Shown here one piece after another: positions 1 through 7,660 of a DNA stretch of 57,253 bases. A model generated the notes under the pieces. That model made no database searches, was not told the origin of the DNA, and saw nothing but the letters and a program-made list of their open reading frames with translations. The stretch covers positions 1-57,253 of the IMG/VR virus record IMGVR_UViG_3300021223_000017, one strand, 5' to 3'. A program made the position numbers and the translations under genes. Numbering within the stretch: position 1 is the stretch's first letter; each line of letters opens with the position of its first letter. The stretch comes from a virus (Duplodnaviria; Caudoviricetes).

Positions 1-933
1 GTGTACGCCATCGTCGTTCACATGAACGACGCAATGAAAGAGCTGCGCAGCATTGTGATGCGTGCAGAAAGCCAGTGGACAGAAACCGGGTTGCCTCGTG
101 TGGCGATGGTGCATGCCGAAGCCTGCGCCAGCCAGGTTTACCAACCAATGCTGCACGTGGTCCTGCAAGGGTCCAAAACCTTGTCCATTGGCGACCGGGT
201 GTTGAGTTACGGCCCTGCCACCTATTTTGTGGTGCCTATCGATGTGCCCGCGACTGGCGAAATTTACCCAGCCGGGCCGGATGAACCCTATCTGGCGATT
301 AGCTTGACCCTGGACCCCGGCATCATTGCCTCGCTACTGGCTGACGGGCGAAAAACAGAAAGCCAGACGCACTCCAGTTGCTTTTCGCCAGTGCCGGCAC
401 CTGCAGAAATGCTTGATGCATTGCTACGGATGCTGCGCCTCATCGACCGCCCCAACGAGGCATTCGTGCTGGCACCCATGATCGAGCGGGAAATTTTGTT
501 TCGCGCATTGCAAGGACCGTTCGGGGACATGCTGGCGGAAATAGCACGCCCGGATGGCCGACTGTCTCAGGTACGTCGCGCCACTCAATGGATCCGCGAG
601 CACTACACCGAGCCTTTTCGGGTAGAACCACTCGCGGCAATGGCGGACATGAGCGTTGCAGCGTTTTATCGGCACTTCAAAGCCATCACCGCCATGACGC
701 CGATTCAGTACCAGAAGCGGCTACGCCTGTTGCGAGCGCGGTGGTTACTGCTGTTTGAAACACAAAACGCCGCCGCCATCGCCTTTACGGTCGGCTACGA
801 AAGCGCCTCGCAATTCAGCCGTGAGTACGCCCGTCTGTTTGGGTTGCCCCCTGCGCGGGATGCAGCAAGGTTTAAAACGCCTGCCGATGCAAGTGATCCA
901 GATACGATGGGTGCGAGTGCACTTCAGGGTTAA
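1..933 (+). CDS. AraC-family transcriptional regulator
   Basis: C-terminal double HTH (LAAMADMSVAAFYRHFK...TPIQYQK...VGYESASQFSREY); true start may be ATG 21 or 34. Confidence 0.9.
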   Translation: MYAIVVHMNDAMKELRSIVMRAESQWTETGLPRVAMVHAEACASQVYQPMLHVVLQGSKTLSIGDRVLSYGPATYFVVPIDVPATGEIYPAGPDEPYLAISLTLDPGIIASLLADGRKTESQTHSSCFSPVPAPAEMLDALLRMLRLIDRPNEAFVLAPMIEREILFRALQGPFGDMLAEIARPDGRLSQVRRATQWIREHYTEPFRVEPLAAMADMSVAAFYRHFKAITAMTPIQYQKRLRLLRARWLLLFETQNAAAIAFTVGYESASQFSREYARLFGLPPARDAARFKTPADASDPDTMGASALQG

Positions 934-1100
934 GGATGCATTCTGGAATTGCCAGTCGCAGCTATTGTGCGCGGGGCAGATAGCCCAGGATTTTGGCGAT
1001 CCAGTTAGGTCCGCTTTTGGCCGTAAGCGGACACTCTTAGCGTTTGGAGCTGGCTATCAGGCGCCAACTGCTAGACTGCTTACTCTTTGGAGGAACACCG

Positions 1101-1310
1101 ATGCCGAACTCAGATCTGCTCCCCTCCCTACTCTCCAAGCTATACGAAAATCAACTGGCCCTTGAAGCCTCGATCATGGAGCTATCGAACTGGGTTGAGC
1201 AGCGTGGCTCTGCCGAAGTCGCAGAGAACGTGCGCGGCGCACTGCACACCATCGACGAGAACGAAGAGTTCATCAAGCTGACCCTGGCCGTCCTCATGAC
1301 GCCCGGCTGA
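1101..1310 (+). CDS. Small hypothetical protein, paralog of 41801..42019
   Basis: GGAGG RBS before ATG 1101; shares YENQLALEAxIMELS and VRGALxTIxEN with the second copy. Confidence 0.75.
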   Translation: MPNSDLLPSLLSKLYENQLALEASIMELSNWVEQRGSAEVAENVRGALHTIDENEEFIKLTLAVLMTPG

Positions 1311-1369
1311 TCGTCGGGTAAACGTGCAGTTCGTCGGCGAACGACTACCGCATTGCTGCAGCTCGATTA

Positions 1370-1385
1370 CTGTATGCACATACAG
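1370..1385. promoter_or_regulatory. LexA (SOS) box
   Basis: CTGTATGCACATACAG = CTG-N10-CAG, near-palindromic, 22 bp upstream of ORF 1408. Confidence 0.85.
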
Positions 1386-1407
1386 CACTTAAAAGCAGTC
1401 CAGCCTC

Positions 1408-2133
1408 ATGAATCAGACAGAACTCAAAGCGGCTTGGACGGCGAAATGGCGCGCGGCTCTAGACGACCGCGAATATCGATTTAGCAGCCCAGAGGCCCAT
1501 CGCACATCCTGCCGCTGGGAAGCCCAAGAAATGTTTGCCGCCGGTGTCGTTGATGAGACGGAAAAGCTGGAGATGGACGAGCTTGCCGAAGCTGCCTATT
1601 GGCATGCCGTTGAGGAATTAGTCACCCTTGAGGCGGGCTATTTGAATGGTGGGCACTACAACGTAATGCCAAGGAATGGCGGCACCTGCATTGGCAAAAT
1701 CATCAACGGCACCTATTCCGCCGCTGAAGGGAAAGCTCTTGGCGGATTTGAGGCACGGGTGTTCAAAGAAAATAGCGGCAGACACCTGGCTTTCCGTTTT
1801 GGAGGGGAACCATGGCCAATTGACGGTCTCGTGTTGACGTCGAACACAGGTAAACAATTCGATCTGGTGCTGACAGCCCAGTTTATCAATGGCGTCGTTT
1901 ATCCAACCATTGACGATGCGGACACGTACCGGGCGTTGGTCAACACGGCGCAGATCGCTTTAGAAGCGCACGACTTCGACGCCTACCGAAAAGCGCGACC
2001 TCTTCTCTTGGGCGCTGAATTCATCAGTTGCGTCGAGTGTCATGACAGCTTCAGCTTAAGAGAAGACTGCAAGGCTTGTGCAGGAAATGGGTTTGTCCCG
2101 AGAGTGAATCGTCAGCGCAGCTCATCTGCATAA
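1408..2133 (+). CDS. Hypothetical SOS-regulated protein with C-terminal CxxC-CxxC zinc finger
   Basis: 241-aa ORF ending CVECHDSFSLREDCKACAGNG; SOS box upstream. Confidence 0.75.
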   Translation: MNQTELKAAWTAKWRAALDDREYRFSSPEAHRTSCRWEAQEMFAAGVVDETEKLEMDELAEAAYWHAVEELVTLEAGYLNGGHYNVMPRNGGTCIGKIINGTYSAAEGKALGGFEARVFKENSGRHLAFRFGGEPWPIDGLVLTSNTGKQFDLVLTAQFINGVVYPTIDDADTYRALVNTAQIALEAHDFDAYRKARPLLLGAEFISCVECHDSFSLREDCKACAGNGFVPRVNRQRSSSA

Positions 2134-2321
2134 GCTAACGCAGCCTCTTCGACCAGTTCGCGCCACTCCCCGCCGTCGATCACGCCACGATCTTTCATGT
2201 CGTCGGCGACTGCCAGCCGTGTGTCATATCGCTCTTCCGGACTTGTTGATATGAAGTGCGGGTCATTACGCAGTGCAAACCATGCTGCCATTGCGGTGAT
2301 CTTTTCGTCTTTGTTTGTCAT
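2112..2321 (-). CDS. Small hypothetical protein resembling the N-terminus of 1408..2133
   Basis: 69-aa ORF with GGAG RBS; motif similarity seen by eye. Confidence 0.65.
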   Translation of the reverse strand: MTNKDEKITAMAAWFALRNDPHFISTSPEERYDTRLAVADDMKDRGVIDGGEWRELVEEAALAYADELR

Positions 2322-2404
2322 GACGAAGACTCCGGGCCAGTGTCTACAGTGTAGAGACTGGCACGGCTACAGCTGTTCACCGGTACCGACGAGCGGAGGC
2401 GCCT

Positions 2405-3094
2405 ATGTGCGGAAGACTTTCACAGTACACAGGCATTCACGACTTCGTTGCGGCGTTGAGCATGCCCAATGCCTTGACGAATTCCGTGGGTGATGCGCCG
2501 CTGGAGCGCTACAACGTTGCGCCGACGACACAAGTCGCCCTGCTCCACCTCCAGGGCGATCATCTGCGTGCGGACCTGGTGCGCTGGGGATGGCGGCCGC
2601 ACTGGGCGAAGGATCGAGCCGCACCGATCAACGCCCGAGTCGAGAAGGTGGCTCACGGCACTTTCTTCCGGGCTATCTGGCCGCACCGAGCAATCACGCC
2701 GATCAACAACTGGTTTGAGTGGGTGGACGAAGGTGGCCCAAAGAAGCAGCCCTACCTGATCCGCCGACGGGATGGCGCACCCGTGCTGTGTGCAGCTATA
2801 GGCCAACTGCCGGGCGGCGGCGAAGAACCGAACGAGCATGACGGCGTTGTGATCATCACCGCTGACAGCGCCGGCGGCATGGTGGACATTCACGACCGGC
2901 GTCCGGTGGTGTTGACGCCCGAGCTTGCGCGGGAATGGCTGGACCCGTCCACGCCCAAGGAGCGCGCCGAGCAGATGGTCCTGCACCAAGGCGAACAGTC
3001 CGATACATTTGAATGGTTCAGGGTCGACACGGCGGTGGGTAATGTGCGGAATAAAGGTCCGGTACTGATCCGGCCAGTCCATTCGCTTAGCTGA
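2405..3094 (+). CDS. SOS response-associated peptidase (SRAP, YedK/HMCES family)
   Basis: N-terminal MCGR, RYNVAPT, INARVE, FEW, IHDRRP, VGNVRN motifs. Confidence 0.95.
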   Translation: MCGRLSQYTGIHDFVAALSMPNALTNSVGDAPLERYNVAPTTQVALLHLQGDHLRADLVRWGWRPHWAKDRAAPINARVEKVAHGTFFRAIWPHRAITPINNWFEWVDEGGPKKQPYLIRRRDGAPVLCAAIGQLPGGGEEPNEHDGVVIITADSAGGMVDIHDRRPVVLTPELAREWLDPSTPKERAEQMVLHQGEQSDTFEWFRVDTAVGNVRNKGPVLIRPVHSLS

Positions 3095-3173
3095 AAAACC
3101 ACATGATGCTGATCACGGCAATCACCCAGCCGAGCGTAAGCAGAAATGAAAGGCCAGCCAGGCGCTTATGCAT
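3087..3173 (-). CDS. Putative 28-aa single-pass membrane peptide
   Basis: MHKRLAGLSFLLTLGWVIAVISIMWFFS; AGGA upstream; below the ORF-track cutoff. Confidence 0.45.
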   Translation of the reverse strand: MHKRLAGLSFLLTLGWVIAVISIMWFFS

Positions 3174-3308
3174 GAGGTCCTGAAAAATCGATGAACGAGT
3201 GATGGCTCTCACTGCTGGCCGCCAGTTAAGCGTAGTCCAAAAAACCCCAACGGACCACTGAACGGACTACGATTAACACGCCCGCAGCGTAATAATTCCT
3301 ATCGAACG

Positions 3309-3566
3309 CTACTGACACGACCTCACCGCCGCGACCAACTGCCGCTCAAAACCGATTCGCTGCCGACGCTCAGCCAAAAGCGCCCGCACCTTCAGTTCCA
3401 AAACGTCGGACTTCTTCAGGCCATCGGCAGCCCAAGGTGGTACCGCGACTTCCTGTGTCTTGCACGGCACCTGCACCGGCACCTCAACGCGTACGGTGCG
3501 CACTTCCGGCTCCCGGCCAGCGCATCCAGCCAGCAACAGCGCAAACCCCATCAGCAGAACCCTCAT
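3309..3566 (-). CDS. Outer-membrane spanin lipoprotein (Rz1-like)
   Basis: Lipobox LLAGC, Pro-rich, directly after the Rz-like gene. Confidence 0.8.
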   Translation of the reverse strand: MRVLLMGFALLLAGCAGREPEVRTVRVEVPVQVPCKTQEVAVPPWAADGLKKSDVLELKVRALLAERRQRIGFERQLVAAVRSCQ

Positions 3567-3934
3567 AGCCCCAACTCCTGATCGATAATCGCCGCTGCAG
3601 CCTGGGCAGGGTCACCGCCGGTTTGCTCCCGCAACAATTGGTTAGCGGCGGCGTAGTCTGGCTGGGCTTCTTGCCTGGCCTTTTCCTGGGCTAGCGCGGC
3701 ATTCCGCTCCCGCAATTGGCCTGCCAGCACCAACTCGCCAAGCTTCCTGCCTTGCTCCCCCGCCAACGCTTGAAGGTTGTCACGCGCCGACGTGGCCTTG
3801 GCCAGATCGATATTCGCCGCGTCGAGCAGCGGGCGGTAATGCCCGCTTGCCAGCCACACCCCGCCGCCGGCTCCCAGGGCCAGTAGCAGAACCGCCGCCA
3901 GTCCAACGACAGCGATCTTCTGCACCATCGTCAT
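3563..3934 (-). CDS. Inner-membrane spanin (Rz-like)
   Basis: N-terminal TM helix plus coiled coil, after the endolysin, ATGA overlap. Confidence 0.75.
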   Translation of the reverse strand: MTMVQKIAVVGLAAVLLLALGAGGGVWLASGHYRPLLDAANIDLAKATSARDNLQALAGEQGRKLGELVLAGQLRERNAALAQEKARQEAQPDYAAANQLLREQTGGDPAQAAAAIIDQELGL

Positions 3935-4440
3935 GCCAGCACCCCACCTGCCGCCACGTAGCGGGCCAGCAGATCGTCCATGCGGTGCTCACGCTGCCCG
4001 TAGCCAGCACCTGGTAGGCTGGCCCAGATGTTCCGGCACTTGGTCAGGGCCAGCTCAATACGCCCCGCCTTCGCGTCATCGAGGGCGCGGCATTCGCGGA
4101 TGTGCTGAATGGCCAGCTTGTCCTGGCTGATCGGCCCGAAGTCCGGCAGCTTCAACTGAGCCCGGTAGTGCGGCCAGTCCTTCAGCATCTGCTGGTAGCG
4201 ACCCGATGCGTTTGAGGTCAGGCCCTTGCTGTTGATGGTTTTCGACTTCCGCCCCCAAATGAAAGGATGGTCGGCATAGTCGCCGAACAGCTCAAGCCGG
4301 CCATCAATGCCCGTCACAATGACGTTGTAGCCATCGTCGGAGCGCTTCAGGTAATCAGACCCAAGCTCGGCCCAAGCGATCGCATCGAGCGTCGCCAATA
4401 CGTTACGGCCGCCGGCGGCGGCTTCAGAAATGCGCGGCAT
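3931..4440 (-). CDS. Endolysin, lambda R-type lytic transglycosylase
   Basis: AIAWAE, DYADHP, ASGRYQ, WASLPGAGYGQ motifs. Confidence 0.93.
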   Translation of the reverse strand: MPRISEAAAGGRNVLATLDAIAWAELGSDYLKRSDDGYNVIVTGIDGRLELFGDYADHPFIWGRKSKTINSKGLTSNASGRYQQMLKDWPHYRAQLKLPDFGPISQDKLAIQHIRECRALDDAKAGRIELALTKCRNIWASLPGAGYGQREHRMDDLLARYVAAGGVLA

Positions 4441-4442
4441 AC

Positions 4443-4477
4443 TTTTCTCCAGGCGAAAAAAAACCGCTCAAGGCGGT
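4443..4477 (-). terminator. Intrinsic terminator fused to the endolysin RBS
   Basis: ACCGCCTTGAGCGGT-T-run-CGCCTGGAGAAAA on the minus strand. Confidence 0.7.
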
Positions 4478-4511
4478 ATCGGTGTTCGGGCGTCTATCAG
4501 CGAAGGGGCTT

Positions 4512-4712
4512 TTAAGCCTTGGTTACAACGTCCAGCGCCTGATCACGCTTGGCGCGTACGTCTGCTGGGATCTCCCGACCGCGCTCTATGTGGGCGATCA
4601 CCTGCCAGTCGGTTGACTGCAGGTACTGCTGAGCCAGAACCATCTCCTGCTCGTCGGACAGATCCTTATCGGTCTGTATCTTTTTGGCCTTACTGAAATC
4701 AATCGCTGTCAT
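4512..4712 (-). CDS. Tail-fibre-associated small protein
   Basis: 66 aa, YLQSTDW motif, downstream of the fibre. Confidence 0.6.
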   Translation of the reverse strand: MTAIDFSKAKKIQTDKDLSDEQEMVLAQQYLQSTDWQVIAHIERGREIPADVRAKRDQALDVVTKA

Positions 4713-5031
4713 TTTCTTCATCCTCAGTTTTTTTCTCGGTGAACGGGAGCGGCACAGACCCCTCCTCCACCTCAATGTCAGACGGGAACCGAACGCTCTC
4801 GTCAGCCATGTCGTCATGAGGAAGGATCAGGTTTATAGTCAATTCCCCCTCTTTCGATTTAGAGATCTGCCCTGTAAACCATGTGGACGAGACAGCCGCC
4901 GCAGGCAGCTCATACCCCGCAGGCAGTTCCTCGAAGTCAAACTTCTCGCCATCAATCGTAACGGCGCTGCCGCTGACAAAAATAGAAGGCGCAGATTGTT
5001 CGCAGAGTCTGGGTGTTAGTTTGATTTTCAT
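4699..5031 (-). CDS. Tail fibre assembly-associated protein
   Basis: Coupled to the fibre gene; synteny. Confidence 0.6.
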   Translation of the reverse strand: MKIKLTPRLCEQSAPSIFVSGSAVTIDGEKFDFEELPAGYELPAAAVSSTWFTGQISKSKEGELTINLILPHDDMADESVRFPSDIEVEEGSVPLPFTEKKTEDEENDSD

Positions 5032-6527
5032 TTCCAGGAACCTATGGCAAAGATCTCAAAAGTCAGTGGTCCAGCGCCTGTAGTCGAAGCAAGCGCACCG
5101 AAATAGACTTCAAAGGTGGTAATGGTGGAACTGGCGTTAGTCACCCACGCCGAGCACGCGGAGATATCCGGGTCCAGGGGAGTGCAAATAATCCTTGGAG
5201 CCTTGCCAGTCGGGAATGCTACAGGTAGCGACCCTTGATAGTTGCGGTAGCGAATGCCGCCACCAGGGGAGAACCAAGAGGCAGCCACCCCGGTAAACCT
5301 CTGGGAGGTAATCATAAGTCCACTGAGAAACTTCCACCATTCTCCGGTAGAGTTAGACCCGTAGGAAAGCAGCCCACCGGAAAACTGCGGATCAAGAATC
5401 GCCTTGGCCGCGTCAAACTTGGTATCCAAGGCCGTCTGAGCCTGCGTGCTGATCCCTGTCTTGGTACCGTTTCCGCCCTGCGCAATGCTAAGCGCTGTAG
5501 TCATACCGGTAAGCGCGGTAATGTCGCCGTTAGACCCGCTGGACGCCTTTGCGTCAACGTCAACCTGACTGGCCTTCTTGTCCCATGCGGTCCAGGACGT
5601 GCCGCCGTTGTTGGTGGATCGAACCCACAGAGTGCTGGTGCCGGACTCGGTGAACTCCTGCTTAACGTCGTTCGCAAAGCCCTTAATGACTTCAAGTATC
5701 CCGCCCAAGGTTCCAGGCTTATTTATCGCGTTAGCCGCTACTCGATACCGGTTTGGGGTTATTGCTGCGTTAAGGTTTGTAGCTGCCTGGGACTGATCCG
5801 CCGCCGCAAGCGAAATACCGTAGAACGCCAGCCGCGCCTCAACGTTGTCCGTGGTAGCAGAAGTGATCCATGACGTATAGACGCCGTTGGTTGGCCTAGA
5901 CCGGTAGAACATTCGCGGGTTTGATTCGAAGGTGGTATAGATCTGTGCGGATGCGGATCCAGTGGTGGCTCCATACTGCATGTGCTGGACCATGCCAGCC
6001 TGATTTACGGGGGTCCCGGTAGCGGATCCAAGCACTCGGTAAACGTTTGTCCCGAAAAGCACGTCCAGGTCCGTGACGTTTGCCGAGGTCCCGCCGATAC
6101 CGAACAATGCAGCCATGGAGGTGGCCGTGATGCTCTCGGTCCATGCCGACCAAACGTTATTAAAACACTGCCTGCTCCAGACTCTGTTTTTGTTGGCTGC
6201 AACGCCGGTCAAAGGGAATGCGATTTGGGAGCAGGCCGTGCCAGACGTTGTACCTGGAATGGTGAAAATACCCCAACCGGCGGTTAGCTCGGTTGGCGTG
6301 TTTGCGGCTCCCGAGTTCACATAATTGAACCCCCCGAGCCCCTTGCTTACGTTGTTCGGGTCGTCAATAAGCACAGACGCCCGATCCAACTTGGCCGCAA
6401 TCCCGCCGATACCAGCGGCCCCGTAAAGCTCCAGCGTCATGGCGTTGATTTTCATGCTGGCAACGCGCGGCGGATCGCCCCCGAGCCCAGTAGGTGGCGT
6501 GCCGAGAATGATTTCTTGTCTTGCCAT
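5028..6527 (-). CDS. Side tail fibre with three knob-like domains
   Basis: Gly/Thr/Ala-rich; three repeats ending Q...R...W-x-x-W; C-terminal GSNSTGEWWKF domain. Confidence 0.85.
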   Translation of the reverse strand: MARQEIILGTPPTGLGGDPPRVASMKINAMTLELYGAAGIGGIAAKLDRASVLIDDPNNVSKGLGGFNYVNSGAANTPTELTAGWGIFTIPGTTSGTACSQIAFPLTGVAANKNRVWSRQCFNNVWSAWTESITATSMAALFGIGGTSANVTDLDVLFGTNVYRVLGSATGTPVNQAGMVQHMQYGATTGSASAQIYTTFESNPRMFYRSRPTNGVYTSWITSATTDNVEARLAFYGISLAAADQSQAATNLNAAITPNRYRVAANAINKPGTLGGILEVIKGFANDVKQEFTESGTSTLWVRSTNNGGTSWTAWDKKASQVDVDAKASSGSNGDITALTGMTTALSIAQGGNGTKTGISTQAQTALDTKFDAAKAILDPQFSGGLLSYGSNSTGEWWKFLSGLMITSQRFTGVAASWFSPGGGIRYRNYQGSLPVAFPTGKAPRIICTPLDPDISACSAWVTNASSTITTFEVYFGALASTTGAGPLTFEIFAIGSWK

Positions 6528-6542
6528 GTTTAACCCACCCGA

Positions 6543-7268
6543 TTAGGAGTTGTAGTATTTAGTTATTGGAAACTTACAAATAGGCATCGAAAAGAACGAG
6601 CCAGTACTAAATAGACCATTACCCAGCGATGACCTTTGACAGTCGATCCTAAGCAAACGAGCGGACGCCACAAGCAACTGAAGCCCTGTGTATTGATAGT
6701 GACCTGTAAACCACGCGGTCCCCCTGTCAATTGAGGACACACTTATAAAGTCATCAACATCAATACTTATATTTGAGCTCCAAGTATCGTGAGCGTTGGG
6801 CACGGTACCGCCCGCCGAGTACGTCCAAGCCTTTGTAAACTTGCTATACCTGACAACCCTGTCAGAGGAAGCGTATATAGGAGTTCCATCTTTATCCCAT
6901 ATTTGCAGCCCATAAGGATCAGAACTGACATTATCCGAGTACTTACAGCAAACATACTCCAGCGAATGGCTCTGTATGAACCCTGAAGCGGCAGAGGTAA
7001 TTCTGAAGCCCGTCCAGTAACCCGGCCCGCCGAGAATCGTTGTATAGATTGTGAGATTGGGCCCGTTAGGAGTAACCAACCTCAAAAATATCTGGGGAGC
7101 TTCTTGTGTGAGAACAGGCTTTACGAAATTCACCGTCCCGGTTCCCGTTGCATCCGAGAATCTAGACTGAATTGAAAAGCCACCCCTCTCTGAGAAAACC
7201 AACACTTTGTTGTAGGAGCTAATGGTAACGGTCTTTGAATCTCCAATAACTTCTAAACCAAAATCCAT
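6543..7268 (-). CDS. Tail tip accessory protein
   Basis: Begins MDFGLEV with internal YGLQIWD repeat; second gene after J. Confidence 0.65.
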   Translation of the reverse strand: MDFGLEVIGDSKTVTISSYNKVLVFSERGGFSIQSRFSDATGTGTVNFVKPVLTQEAPQIFLRLVTPNGPNLTIYTTILGGPGYWTGFRITSAASGFIQSHSLEYVCCKYSDNVSSDPYGLQIWDKDGTPIYASSDRVVRYSKFTKAWTYSAGGTVPNAHDTWSSNISIDVDDFISVSSIDRGTAWFTGHYQYTGLQLLVASARLLRIDCQRSSLGNGLFSTGSFFSMPICKFPITKYYNS

Positions 7269-7660
7269 TATGTGACCCTCACAACTTCAACAGTGCATTC
7301 AACGGTGAACGCTTGCCATGAATAGCGCCACCGACTGCCATCATAAACACCGTAGTTTGTCCAAGTGCATATCCCAATTGAGCTTCCGCCGAGATCCACA
7401 TAGGTAGGTACGCTAGGCCATGTACCCGCGTTTTGCGGCACCTGGTCCACGGCTGCATAAACCCTTGGCGTTATCGTGACGTAGCATGTCGCTGGGTTGT
7501 ATCCCGGAATATTGAGAACAATATAATCAGATCGAAAATTATCCCCTCCCACTTTCGGCTGCGCGGGTATAACTCCGGAATACAATCGTTGAATCGTAAA
7601 GTCGTCCATGCTCAGAGTTTGAACACCGTTCTTATCCCAAACACCAATTCCAAAAGTCAT
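7268..7660 (-). CDS. Tail tip accessory protein
   Basis: Begins MTFGIGVWDKNG; overlaps the J stop. Confidence 0.65.
   Translation of the reverse strand: MTFGIGVWDKNGVQTLSMDDFTIQRLYSGVIPAQPKVGGDNFRSDYIVLNIPGYNPATCYVTITPRVYAAVDQVPQNAGTWPSVPTYVDLGGSSIGICTWTNYGVYDGSRWRYSWQAFTVECTVEVVRVT

Noticed and set aside
934-1100. attL core
   Set aside because: attR lies beyond the window, so no direct repeat can be matched; no tRNA gene seen
2420-3082. 220-aa minus-strand ORF
   Set aside because: Shadow of SRAP
5028-6527. DGR or invertible tail fibre system
   Set aside because: No reverse transcriptase, invertase or duplicated template seen
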